This document shows, piece after piece, positions 28,501 to 42,599 of a stretch of 64,000 nt of DNA. The notes under the pieces were generated by a model that searched no databases, was not told the DNA's origin, and worked only from the letters and a program-made list of their open reading frames with translations. Source of the DNA: Felis catus (Eukaryota). The translations under genes were made by a program, and so were the position numbers. Position 1 is the stretch's first letter; each line of letters begins with the position of its first letter. The DNA is taken from assembly GCF_018350175.1 (NCBI RefSeq), contig NC_058383.1, positions 17,796,001 to 17,860,000 on the forward strand. The letters are read 5' to 3'.

Positions 28501-30078
28501 TAACTGATCCTCTTCTGCCCGACACCTCCAGTGGCTCCCCAGGACTTACGCAAAAAGTTCAGAATCTGTGTACCATAGCGTGAAAGCTCGTGGCATGCTA
28601 ATCTCTTCCAATTCAAACCCAATCTCTCCCTACAGGCGAATGATCCCATGGGTTCCAGCTACATGGAATCTGTGTTTTGGAGGACAGACATCTAACTAGA
28701 TGACCCTAATGCAACATCTTTTGTGAGCTCTTCTGTCTCATGCAGGAAGACTCAACTGCAGCTTTTTAGCTCTATAGCTCTGCCTGAAGGTCTCCCTACT
28801 GCGCCCCCATAGCTAATAGGTGACATCTCTCTCCCTTAGTGTAAATGTAGAGCTTAGTGTAAACTTAGAGCAGGAATCTTATCTTGGTTCACCAACGTCT
28901 CCAACACCCAGAACATCTAGAACAATGCCTGCCACACAAGAGATGCCCAATATGTTTTCTTTAAATAATGAGTTGTTTCTTGAGTGCTTTGGGTTCTTCC
29001 CCAGGACTCCCAGACTCCAAACCAGTCCTCATCTCCTGGGGGGAGCAGGAGGCCCAGCTGTGGGGTTTAGATGCTCAGGATCCCCAAGAGGATGCCAGAG
29101 AGAAAGAAGGATGAGAGGTGGGGGTAATGTCTCAGTTCCAGCTGGAAGGGAAAATGTTTTGTCGAGCAAGAAACACCATCTACGTGTTCCTTACTACTTT
29201 TTGCTGACCTGAATTTATGATTACCCACTGGAGGCTGGAGTCTTGACCTTCTCTTTCTCAATTGACTGTGGCATCCAGTGGTCCCATGGCCAGGTCACAG
29301 TATGAATCATCCAAACTTTTACAGTGGCAGTGTATGAATTAAAGCTTCGGATGGAGGCCGTTCACCTTTTTGTCCCCAGGTGCCTGTACCTTGTAACAGC
29401 TGCTCCTCTGGATGAGGGTATCTCTTCGGGTTGGTTTCAAAGTAGAAATGGCCCTGACTTGTGACCCCCTCGATTGTGACCAACACAGTCTAGGTGGGTG
29501 CTTCCAGGGGCTAGGTACTCATCTGCAGTTGTGAAGGTTGAGTAGAGTTTGAATCTACTGTGTTTCACAACAGCCACTCAGAAAAATGATACAATTGGAA
29601 GGGGCCAGCAGAAGGAGTCTATTTGGGAGATGTCATGAGCCCCTGGGGTGAGAGACACTAGCTTGGCGTCTGAGCCTGTGGCCAAGGGTGCCTGTATGTA
29701 GCCAGGCCTTTCCCAAGCCCCAACTCTACACCCAGCCTCAGTGTCTGCTACTCACACAGCACCCTGCACCAAGTGCAGGCATGATTTGCCATGACCTTTC
29801 ACCTGGAGAGGGACCCTGTGCCTGCAGCTAGTGTGGCCACTCCTGCCATAGCTAGTACCTTTCATGCTCCCTGCTGACTCACACAGGCAAGCTGTTTTAT
29901 TCCTGTCTCCAGTGTGGGAGGTACTTTAGTCAGAGAACCACCAGGAGACCCCGGCCTGGTGCCATGGACCTCAGGGGCTGACATGGGTGTGAATCCTGCC
30001 CTGGGTTCTTCCTCAGGAGCATCCAGACCCCTCTGTGGGTTTTCAGCACTCCCAGAGCTCTTCTAGGCCTGTGTGTGA
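28200..30078 (+). pseudogene. Heavily decayed KRAB-C2H2 paralogue of the ZNF688/764/785 family
   Basis: KRAB-A NFVKVAAYF / [15 protein letters not shown] with +1 frameshift and GT at 28362; KRAB-B GLPDSKPVLISWGEQEAQLWGLDAQDP from 29005; finger relic QCGRYFSQR at about 29910; tail DPSVGFQH..ELF*ACV* 30026-30078. Confidence 0.75.
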
Positions 30079-30999
30079 GAGGCACCACCATGAGGAGTGG
30101 GCACTGACAGATGAGAAAACCCCATTAGTCTTATGGAAATCTGTTTTTTTCTTATGTCCTTCAGTGGTGTGAGAGGCTAGGAGGAACTACGGCTCAGTCA
30201 AGTCCCTGGGCAAATCTGCATGCTTACCTTTTCCAGGCTTTTTGTCTTTTCCTTTTCCCCTTTTCTGCTTGCCCAGCTCCTCCCATGTGGGGAGACGTGT
30301 CCACCAGATACAAGGTGTTGGGCGCAAGGCTCAGGGAGGCCTCTGGAAGGAGGCAAGCAGAGAAAAGCTCCAGACTAGACCCCAGACCTGCTGAAGGGAA
30401 GTGCATTTCCATGAGGTGTATGAAATGCTGTGATTTAGCTGACCAAAGGAAAATGATCAAGTCTTCTTAAGGAAGGGTATTTATGAAGGCAAGTAGCGAC
30501 ACAGAGTAAGCTGTCAATTAAATGTGTGGAGGGAGGGGGGTTCAAGGTAGAAATGATGGAGAGAGTTGGTGCCATTTGCTGTGATAAAGACCCCAAGAGG
30601 AGCAGGCTGGAGGACCAAAGGGATGAGTTCAGTTGCAGCCGTGACTAGTCCAAGGTGCTAGTTAGTGGGGCATTCACGCAGGGCAAGGGCGGCAGGAGGC
30701 TCTGTGATCAGGAGCTTATGAGCCAGGCTCGAGCTAGAGGTAAACAGACGTTCGAGAGGCCTCCTGCAGGGCAAGTGGGGGAGAGTAAGCTTGCAGAAAG
30801 TGGGTCCTTCTGACCTTTTACAGACCCTACCCTAGTCTCCCCCAGCTGCCCCCACCATCTCCTGAAATAGAAGCTCCCAGAACATCAGGCTCGAACAAGC
30901 GTCCAGTAGAGAAGGTTCTCTTTTACCCACTACATTTTTCTCCTTTCAACATTCGGAAAAGGCTGCTGTCATCCAGTGACGGGTGGAAACCCATTTAGG

Positions 31000-32180
<1,181 letters not shown>

Positions 32181-32581
32181 TGAGCTTCACATCATCCCTC
32201 CTGCCATTTTCCTACCCTCTAGCTTCTCTGCCGCCTTTTGTTTCAGTTTTCTTTCTTTTGGTTATATTTTTGTGGCATCTCCATTCTCTGGGTTCCACTG
32301 TTTTCTTTCTCCAGTTCATCCTTGCACCGTATCCCGTCCCTGTGTACTTGTCAATGCCAGCCGCATTCATCCCTCTCTTGTACTGTTCCTGCTGCCTGGG
32401 CAGCATCCTTAAACATCCACTCCTCCTCCGTGATCCAGCAAAAATGTCCTCCCCTCCCCCATTTCCCTAACTCTGAGGTAGAATGTACGGTGCCCTGTTC
32501 CTTCCTTTTTTGTCTCTGCGTCTTTTCTGTCCTCTGCAGCTCAGGAAAAGGTGTCACTCTGAGCTTCCCCGCCTGTACTGA

Positions 32582-33634
<1,053 letters not shown>

Positions 33635-33982
33635 TGGTGAAGGTCTGTAAGATGGCAAGGCAAAGAGTGAAGGTCTAGGCATTGCCTGAGGCCCAGGCTT
33701 AGCTCAGGGGCTTGAACCTCTGTGGCAGCTCCAGAGAGGTCACAGAATTCTGGACAAGGTGGACCTGGGGGACGAGGACCATCTTATCTTAGGCCTTCAC
33801 AAGCTTGATCTGTTGACACCTTGCTCCCAGATTCCAGAAGCCCCCTTTGCTGAGGTAGGGCTGAGGTAAGCACTTCCACAAGACATCCACTGTGGGGGAA
33901 GAAAAGTCCCGTTTCTCAGCCTAGATGTGTCAAGAGGATTGAGGTAGAAGAGAACTTTATTCTACCCGTTGTCTTTTTACTG

Positions 33983-34376
33983 CAGGGCTTCAAAACTGAT
34001 GGCTGTGTACTGAATCTGGCTCGCAGCAACATTTAAAACATTACTTTTGGCCCAACCAGCATTTTCAAGTGTCCCAAATTCTTGGTTAAGATTTAAAAGG
34101 ATGTTGCACGCAAAAATTCAGGTTTCTGGGCTCTTTTGAAACATCCAAAGATTTGGCAACTTGACCTGCGCTCCCACGAAACCTCAATTGGCAGGAGCCT
34201 AGGAGCAGCTGTCCAGCACGCCCACCACTCCATGTCACCTCCTGGCTAGCATCAGCTGGCACTTGCCATTACTTGTCCATGCCCCTGGGTAAAGCAGGCC
34301 CTCTTTATCTGGCATTTCCCCCTCATTTTACATGACCTCTTGGTTTCCTCTAGTCATTTGAGTTTGCAAACCGGTG
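33983..34376. mobile_element. Possible old hAT-Charlie/MER-type DNA transposon in ZNF764 3' region
   Basis: Imperfect inverted ends cagggcttcaaaact ... gagtttgcaaaccggtg. Confidence 0.35.
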
Positions 34377-36925
34377 CACAGCATTCATGTTCTCCTGAAT
34401 CAGGGATTCAGGTAGCATGTATGTGAAAGGGTGGCAGGAGAGAAGTAAAAGCAGGCTTTATTTCAGATGTTTGCTGTATCACATTCTCTGATTTACAAAG
34501 TATTGTCTTGTCCATCAACTCATTTTGTCCTCATAACCACCCGAGGAAGGAACCATCTTGCTTGGGAAGGACAGTCCAGTCAGGAAGAGGCTGTCAGGAT
34601 TGTATATTTTGCCCCAGACCGAGTGGTATCTCTGTCAGGCCACAGTATGACTCTCAGCTGACTGGCAGTTCCTGTGTTTGAAGAGGAAGGCTCTGAATGT
34701 GCCCTCCAGTCTTTCTCGGGCCACCCCGGGAGAGCCCTTTTGCTCAGGCTTTAAGCCACCCTCGAGCCAGCGAGGAGGGCCTCGTCATCTTTTTGAACTG
34801 GAAGGGATCTTGGCTTTTCCATCCTTTTTTCATCTGGGGACTCTGAGACTGGGGGAGGCCAAACAACCTGTCCAAGGTCACATACAGAGTGATATTCCAG
34901 GGTTCTTGGTCTACAGCTGTCTTGACCACACCACTCCTGAGTTCCTTGCCGGTGTCTCAGCCAAGGTTCTGGAGGCATCTGCTCACTCCCTGTAATGGCT
35001 CCCAAGCAATGACCTGGACTAGGGACAGAGGAACCCAGTATCGGTGAAGCCCAGGCACAAGATGACTGACAAAACACACAGAGCAGAGCAAGGCAAGAGA
35101 GAAACCAGCCCAAGATGAGAGTTCCAGGGCAAACAGAAGCAAAGCTTGCCTCTTCTCCTTTTTAAGTACTGCCCATCATGAACAAAGGGGTCAGGCCAGG
35201 AACATGTGGGATTAGCAGCCTAGGGACCCGTGCTCATCTTTGTTCCCAAGCTGTATCACCTGTGACTCCATTATCCATCTACTACCAGTTCCTCTGTGGT
35301 CAAGTCTAGCCTTGCCCAGGTGATGAAGCAGCCAGCCAGGAGCGGACCTGCCTCTGGCCAGGATGACCCTTCACCTTCACCTCAAGGAGTAATACCAGGG
35401 TCTTGTGTCTTCTGCTAGCCTGTATGCACTTGCTTTCTTCACCCAACTCAGCCCCAGTCGTGTCTGGCCTACGTTAGGAAGAAACCAGATTTGTTGTAAA
35501 GGAAGAGGTAGAAAATTTGGCGAAAAGACACTGTTCAGGTGAAGTAATCAACCGACTTGATTCCAACTTAATCTTCAAATCGGACCCCACCAAGACCTGA
35601 CTTACCCTAAATTCTACTGGGAGGATTGGCTCATGCGCCACCTTGTCACAAGGGGGACGTGAAGTGAAAAGAGCACCTTGGCAACAGGAGCTACATTTGT
35701 ATCAGCTTTTAATTCCCTAGAGAAGCCAGTGTACAACCCTTCCCTTGCCTAAACCCTCAGCACTGCCTGGGGAAAACCCAGCCTGCAACACCAGTTGTCA
35801 GCTCAGCTTCAAAGCCAGATCTGGACCCTGCCCGCAGCTTACCAATTAAAGGTACCATAATTACTACTTTCTCTGAGTGCTTTGAAGTTTGCAAGGCTTG
35901 CTTAGGGGCCCAAAACCAGACCCAGCTCCTCTGCTTCCTGCCTTTGTGACCCAACGTTCCACCATTTAATCTAATTAAAAAAATTTTTTTAAAAACATTT
36001 ATTTATTTTTGAGAGACAGCACAAGCAGGGGAGGAGCAGAGAGAGAGGGAGACACAGAATTTAAAGCAGGCTCCAGGCTCGGAGCTGTCAGCACAGAGCC
36101 TGACGCGGGGCTCGAACTCACGGACCGCGAGATCATGACCTGAGCTGAAGTCGGCTGTCTAACCAACTGAGCCACCCAGGCGCTCCTAATCAACTTTTTA
36201 GTGTAATGAAATAACTTATGGCTCAGCTTCACTCTGTTCTCAGCTCCTCATTTCTTGGCATGGATACCGCCACCAGGGATGGAGCTCCCTTTTCTCTCTG
36301 CTACCACAGGTCTTTGAGGCTCAGAGCCTGAACAATTTAAGCCAGGAAGACAGTTTTCCTAGGGCTTCCTGGTGCATCAGGAGAAATGCTTGTCTGCACT
36401 GGACAAAATGAGCCCCATCCACGTAGCTAGAGTGAAAGGTCGAGGTCATGACCACGTGACCCATTCCTAGCTTGTCCAAGGCATGTAAAATAAGGACAAG
36501 TATTGACTTGAGCTTTTAAAGACCCCTAAACAGTTTTGAATGTTTATGTGCATCTTTCTAGGAACAGGATGTGCAAAGATGTTTACAAGCCAAAGAAGCA
36601 AAAACCTGCTCTAGGGCAGTTTTTTTTTTTTAATGTTTATTTATTTTTTGAGAGAGATGGGAGTGCGGGTGGGGGAGGGTAAAGAGGTGGGGAGACAGAA
36701 TCCAAAGCAGGCTGCAGGCTCTGAGCTATCAGCACACAGACTAACACAGGGCTTGAATTTGTGAACTGTGAGATCATGACCTGAGCCGAAGTTGGACGCT
36801 TAACTTAGCCATCCAGGTGCCTCTATGCCAGATTTTTTTTCAAAATAAGGCCTTTCTGCCACAGAATCCCATGCAGTAACTTTAAAATGTGGCTAGCTTC
36901 CTGGGTTCTGTCTCTGGCCTATTGA

Positions 36926-37122
36926 CGTTTATTTTTGAGACAGAGAGAGACAGAGCATGAACGGGGGAGGGGCAGAGAGAGAGGGAGACACAGAATCGGA
37001 AGCAGGCTCCAGGCTCCGAGCCATCAGCCCAGAGCCCGACACGGGGCTTGAACTCACGGACCGCGAGATTGTGACCTGAGCTGACGTCGGACGCTTAACC
37101 GACTGAGCCACCCAGGCGCCCC
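36926..37122 (-). mobile_element. Young SINEC_Fc with 16-bp target-site duplication
   Basis: gtctctggcctattga at 36910-36925 and 37124-37139. Confidence 0.92.
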
Positions 37123-37759
37123 AGTCTCTGGCCTATTGAATCAGAATCTCCTGGGATGGAATCTTATGCCTGGTAATGATGTGCTGAGCAAAACATTACT
37201 TTCTAGCTGCTCTTAATTTTGCAAAATATGTCAGGTCAGAGGATGACCTAGCTATATACAAAGACTCCCATTTTCTTTGTCCCAAAGGGGCCTGTGCCAT
37301 GGCTGAGCTTTTCCTGGGGACCTGAAATCTTGAAAATACAGGGGCATCTCTTGTAGCATCTGACAGAAGGCCTCTTAGAGGGCTTGTCTGTTGCATGCAG
37401 GGAAATGACAGTTCACGCAGAAGCCCCCTCACACTGAGAAACTTTGCTTGGGTGTTGGCCGAGTTGGCTGGACCGTAATCCTTGGCCGCACAGTCAATAG
37501 CTCTGCCCCAGTGCTGCTGCACACCAGGGATGATGCTGTGGACAAGGTGCCCCCCCCCCAATTCAGGACACACACACAGCTCTTCCTCACCAGGGCACAG
37601 TGATAGAATAAGGTCTGTGGACTCCTGCCTTGGATTAGTTGGTGCTGGGTCAAGTTGGAACCTGCATCAGAGGATTCCCTGTGCTTAGAGCCTCTCACTG
37701 CTATGGCTGGTTGCTTCTCAAAGGTCCATTGTGTGGATAGGACTGGTACTGGAGGAGCC

Positions 37760-38140
37760 TACCGGGAAGTCAGCCACTCTTTCACTCTAGGCACTAGTAA
37801 GACTGAATTTCCATGGGGAAACGCTGGTGCCAGAGGAGCCTGAAGCCCTGGCCTGGCTCCTGCTACACGTGGGGCTTGTGGAGAGTATAGGCGATGGGAC
37901 CACTTCAGAGCTGTGGCTGGAGGCCTCCCCACACACTTTGCAGGGAACAGCTGCTCTCCTGTGTAAATTTTCTGGTGGGTAAGCAGCTTGGTGGTTAGAG
38001 AAAAAGCGTCTAATGAAGGAGACTTGTTCTCATTTGTGTGAGTGCGTGAGTAGTGTATTCTGCCCACGTGGACCATCTAGTGCTGGGCGGTGTGAGCCAT
38101 CCTTGCCAAAGGCTTTAGGATAGGTGTGGAGGTGGAAGCT
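37760..38140 (-). pseudogene. Faint C2H2 zinc-finger relic
   Basis: Minus-strand ORF contains AFSLTTKLLTHQKIYTGEQLFPAKCVG and HYSRTHTNENK, resembling decayed fingers with HTGEKPF linkers. Confidence 0.45.
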
Positions 38141-38949
38141 GTTCCTCTGGAGGGGAAACTACTCCTGCTTTATTTCTAGGAAGATAATTGTGATTCTACT
38201 TGTAAGCCTGCTTTCTCTAGGCTTTTACCGCTTGGAATTCTCCAGATTCTTGTTCTCATCTCTTTCAGGAGAATAGAAGATGCCATCTTTCCTCCTAACC
38301 ACTTTCTTCCCTTCATTTGTCTGAGAAGGCAACAAGAAAACACAATCATGGCTCCTGATCACGCATACAGGGAGAATTTGGCTCATCAACTGTCAAGAAC
38401 ACTACCAAAATAGTTTCAGCAGCAAGGGTGAGAGAAAAAAAAAAAAAAAGGACAAGCATTGGATCCTATGAAGTTGTCTTTCCAGAGTCACTTTTTCCTT
38501 GATTCAGAGCTGCACATAGGGCAGTGTTCCTCAGGTTCCCTTCCTCTACAAGCTTCTATCCCAAGTCAGACAGGACTGGAGAGTTCTTAGCTCCCTTAAA
38601 GGCCAGATGGTTCTCTCCTTCTCCTGAACTCCATCACCCTCACGTGGAAGTAACTCCCATAGGATCCCTGTCTCCCTGTGAGAAAATCCAGGAACTAGGG
38701 ACTAAGGATCCCACTTCAGGGAAGGTGGAAGGGAGAAGCAGGTGATAGAAAAGAAAGCCGCCTCCTTTCTGCGGGAGGATCCGCCAACTGGCCCTTTCAG
38801 CACCAGAAACGTGTGGGAGAAAGGAAAGTGCTGGGAAAGGAAGTAAGCGGGAGACCGGGGTAGGAAGGTTGTGTGTCTCCAGGTCCCTGGCTTTCTTCGA
38901 AAAGGCGAGACAGAATGAAAGGTAAATAGGGGCGGGAAAAGTTCTGAAA

Positions 38950-40380
38950 GCAGACGCCCGACTCTAAGGCAGACGCCAAGCGCCTCCCACTCAGCCCGCT
39001 GGCGCTTCTGGCCGCGGGGGTAGGTGGAGCCAGCCTGCGCCCCCTCCACCCAATCAGAAAGGTGCCTCGCGTTCCCTGGCGACCATGAGTGCCTAGCAGT
39101 TGGTGTAGAGGGAGGAGGCGGGACGATCGAGCTCTACCGGCCAATCGCTGTAGTCCCTGGGAGGTAGAGGCTGTGTCTCTGGAAACCGGAGGCGGGGCTG
39201 TTTCCCTGGCAACGATCCTAGCCCTCCCGGAGGGGGTAGGGTGGAGATTAGGAGGAACCGAGAGGGGAGGGGGCCAGGAAGAGTCGGGGTGGGCGCGCCG
39301 ATGTGGAGAAGTAGAGTTCGGGTTGGGGGTGGGAGGGAGGTCCCAGACTCAGGAGCACTAGACGGGGAGTCCGTCCAGGTTCCCGAGGCGCGGCCGGAGC
39401 TGACCCTAAGGCCCGAGAGGGGAGGGGAGCTAGACACCGCCCCCGCTGGCGCCGGGAAGCGTCGCTCCTTCTCGCTGACCTTGGTCTCGCTTGTCGCCTC
39501 GCCCTTGGCCACAGGCACTGACGGACGCAGAGCTCTGGAGACGGATAGATAGGCTCCTGGATGGACGGAGACCTAGGGCACAGCACACAAAGTGCCCCAG
39601 CCTTTCCCGCCGGCTCCAGGGCGCCCCGTCATCCCCCACCTCAACCACGGGGCCATCCAGCCCAGGGTTAATGCCAACGAGTTTCCACCTCCAGCCGCTC
39701 CTAGAGAGGCCGTGGCGCTAGCCAGCGGGGGAAACTGGCCGCGGACGGACACTTCCTGTGCGGGAGGGGGAGGGGGTCGGACAGCCGCAGCCCAGCCCGG
39801 GCTGGGGGGCCAGACGGCGGGGTCGCGGGCGGGGAGCGACGTTCGGGGGCGGCAGGGCGAGTCGTGAAGACCCTCATCTCCGAGGCCACGACGCACGGGG
39901 GCCTTTGAGGGCCCCAGGGCAAGGCGAGACCTTGTGGGTGGGGGCGGGGCCGCGGGTAGGGGAGGGGCCCGGCCGGCCGGAGAGGCCCAGGGTCAAGACG
40001 TCCGGCCTCAGGGGCCCGGGCTGGGCAGCCGGGTCCCCTGGGCGGCGCTGAACAGGCGGGCGGCGAGGGCCCGGGTCTCAGGGCACTCAGGCCTGGTCGC
40101 AGGATCGTCCGCCATCGCCGCCGCCGCAGCACTGGGAGCCGGCGGGGATGGAACGGGAGGCGTCGCCGTGGGGCCTCGAGCCCGGGGATGTGCAAAGTCC
40201 TGATGAACTGGGGAGCCCTGAAGGGTCCCTCAAAGGTGAGGGAGGGAACGCCTCTCCGGGGAGCGTGCCTGGGAGCGGGAGAGGGGGCTGTGGGCCGTGG
40301 GAGGGGTAGAGAGCCGTGGGCTTGGACACTTGGGACTTGGAGGAGGCGGGGGCGGGGACTGGATGTCCTGGGTCGGCTAA
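38950..40380 (+). promoter_or_regulatory. CpG island / promoter and 5' region of ZNF768
   Basis: High CpG density, CCAAT at 39050 and 39141, several GC boxes. Confidence 0.85.
40148..40235 (+). CDS. ZNF768: ZNF768 coding exon 1
   Basis: gggATGg, MEREASPWGLEPGDVQSPDELGSPEGSLKG, 88 nt, gtgagg donor. Confidence 0.92.
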
Positions 40381-40526
40381 GGGGGAGGTGGGAATTTCAG
40401 CACTTGCTCAAGGGCCAGCGACCCTGCTGGAGGAGGAGGGAGAGGTTTGTGACAACTAGTGTTGGGACCAAATGACCTTCCAGGCCCCACGCAATATGGG
40501 TTTTCTGTAATTCTCTGATCCTGCAG

Positions 40527-42103
40527 GCAACGTGAGTGAGAATGAGGAAGAAGAAATGTCTCAACAAGAAGGCACTGGGGACTATGAGGTCGAAGAGATA
40601 CCCTTTGGGCTTGAGCCTCAGAGCCCTGGGTTTGAGCCACAGAGCCCCGAGTTTGAGCCCCAAAGCCCCAGGTTTGAGCCTGAAAGCCCAGGTTTTGAGT
40701 CCCGAAGCCCTGGGTGTGTGCCCCCAAGCCCTGAATTTGCACCCAGAAGCCCTGAATCAGATTCTCAGAGCCCTGAGTTTGAGCCCCAAAGCCCTAGGTA
40801 TGAGCCCCAAAGCCCTGGGTATGAACCCCGGAGCCCTGGATATGAACCCCGGAGCCCTGGGTATGAACCCAAGAGCCCTGGATATGAACCCCAGAGTCCT
40901 GGATATGCACCCCAGAGCCCAGGATATGAGCCCCAGAATCCTGAGTTCAAAACCCAAAGCCCTGAATTTGAAGCTCAAAGTTCCAAATTTCAGGAAGGTG
41001 CAGAGATGCTTCTGAATCCGGAGGAAAAGAATCCCTTGAGCATCCCCTTGGGAGTCCATCCCTTGGACTCCTTCACCCAGGGGTTTGGGGAGCAGCCCAC
41101 AGGGGCCCTGCCCCTAGGGCCACCTTTTGAGATGCCCACAGGGGCCCTACTGGCTACACCCCAGTTTGAGATGCTCCAGAATCCCCTGGGCCTAACCGGG
41201 ACCCTTCGGGGGCCAGGCCGGCGGGGTGGCCGGGCCAGGGGTGGGCAGGGCCCTCGGCCTAACATCTGTGGTATCTGTGGGAAGAGCTTTGGGCGGGGCT
41301 CCACCCTGATCCAGCACCAGCGCATCCATACGGGTGAGAAGCCCTATAAATGTGAGGTCTGTAGCAAGGCCTTCTCCCAGAGCTCTGACCTCATCAAACA
41401 CCAGCGCACCCACACGGGCGAGCGGCCCTACAAGTGTCCCCGTTGCGGCAAGGCCTTCGCTGACAGCTCTTACCTGCTTCGCCACCAGCGCACCCACTCT
41501 GGTCAGAAGCCCTACAAGTGCCCGCACTGTGGCAAGGCCTTCGGTGACAGCTCCTACCTCCTGCGGCACCAGCGCACCCACAGCCACGAGCGGCCCTACA
41601 GCTGCCCCGAGTGCGGCAAGTGCTACAGCCAGAACTCTTCCCTGCGCAGTCACCAGAGGGTGCACACCGGGCAAAGGCCCTTCAGCTGTGGCATCTGTGG
41701 CAAGAGCTTCTCGCAGCGCTCGGCGCTTATCCCCCACGCCCGCAGCCACGCTCGTGAGAAGCCCTTCAAGTGCCCTGAGTGCGGCAAGCGCTTCGGCCAG
41801 AGCTCTGTGCTGGCCATCCATGCCCGCACCCACCTTCCAGGCCGCACCTACAGCTGCCCCGACTGCGGCAAGACCTTCAACCGCTCCTCCACGCTGATTC
41901 AGCACCAGCGCTCCCACACGGGCGAGCGGCCCTACAGGTGCGCCGTGTGCGGCAAGGGCTTCTGCCGCTCTTCCACGCTGCTGCAGCATCACCGGGTCCA
42001 CAGCGGGGAGCGGCCCTACAAGTGCGATGACTGTGGAAAGGCCTTCTCGCAGAGCTCCGACCTCATCCGCCACCAGCGGACCCACGCAGCTGGCCGCCGC
42101 TGA
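40527..42103 (+). CDS. ZNF768: ZNF768 coding exon 2 (heptad repeats + 10 C2H2 fingers)
   Basis: ctgcag acceptor in phase; (F/Y)EPQSPG heptads then 10 fingers ending [10 protein letters not shown]; spliced total 1665 nt = 554 aa. Confidence 0.96.
40610..40987 (+). repeat. 21-nt coding tandem repeat, about 18 heptads
   Basis: Units such as tatgaaccccggagccctggg repeated in register from LEPQSPG to FEAQSSK. Confidence 0.9.
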
Positions 42104-42593
42104 CCTGGGACCCCTCCGGGGGTGGGGAGGCAGTGGGCTGAAGAGAAGGGGACAGGAAGCTAGAGAAACCTTTAGAAGGAATAGTGGAAAAGCTGGAGGA
42201 GGTTGGAGGAGTGGAGGGCCAGGGTGGAGGAAGTCACGAGCCCTGGAGACTTATGGGAAACGGGCTATGGAGAGGGGTTGGAGAGAGGCCAAGCAGGCGG
42301 TGGGAGGCTCTGGGAGAGATCCAGAAAAGAGGTCAGCAGAGATCTGGCCTCGGCAGCAGCATGCCGCTTGGTGGGTGCCTGGCTTGGCGAAGTGCTAGGC
42401 GGGGAGGGGGGAGGGGGGAGGGTTACTTAGAGCGGGGTAGCTTAGATTGGTAGCTACTGAGACCCTCGTTGAGTCAGGAAGGGGTGAGGGTAAGTGGGGT
42501 GGGGAGTGGGACCCTGGGGTGGGGCCTGGGCCTCGGTGCAAACCCCAGCCTCCCTTGTCTTCCTCAGGCTTTGGAGCCCCTGAATTTGAGTTC

Positions 42594-42599
42594 AATAAA
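42594..42599 (+). other. ZNF768 polyadenylation signal
   Basis: AATAAA about 490 nt after the stop, GT-rich downstream. Confidence 0.7.

Noticed and set aside
40610..40987. Regularly spaced 21-nt repeats as a CRISPR-like array
   Set aside because: Contiguous coding tandem repeat with no spacers in a mammalian gene.
41192..42085. Long antisense or alternate-frame ORFs over zinc-finger exons (also 32768-33301, 41334-41897)
   Set aside because: Expected shadows of GC-rich, codon-biased C2H2 arrays.
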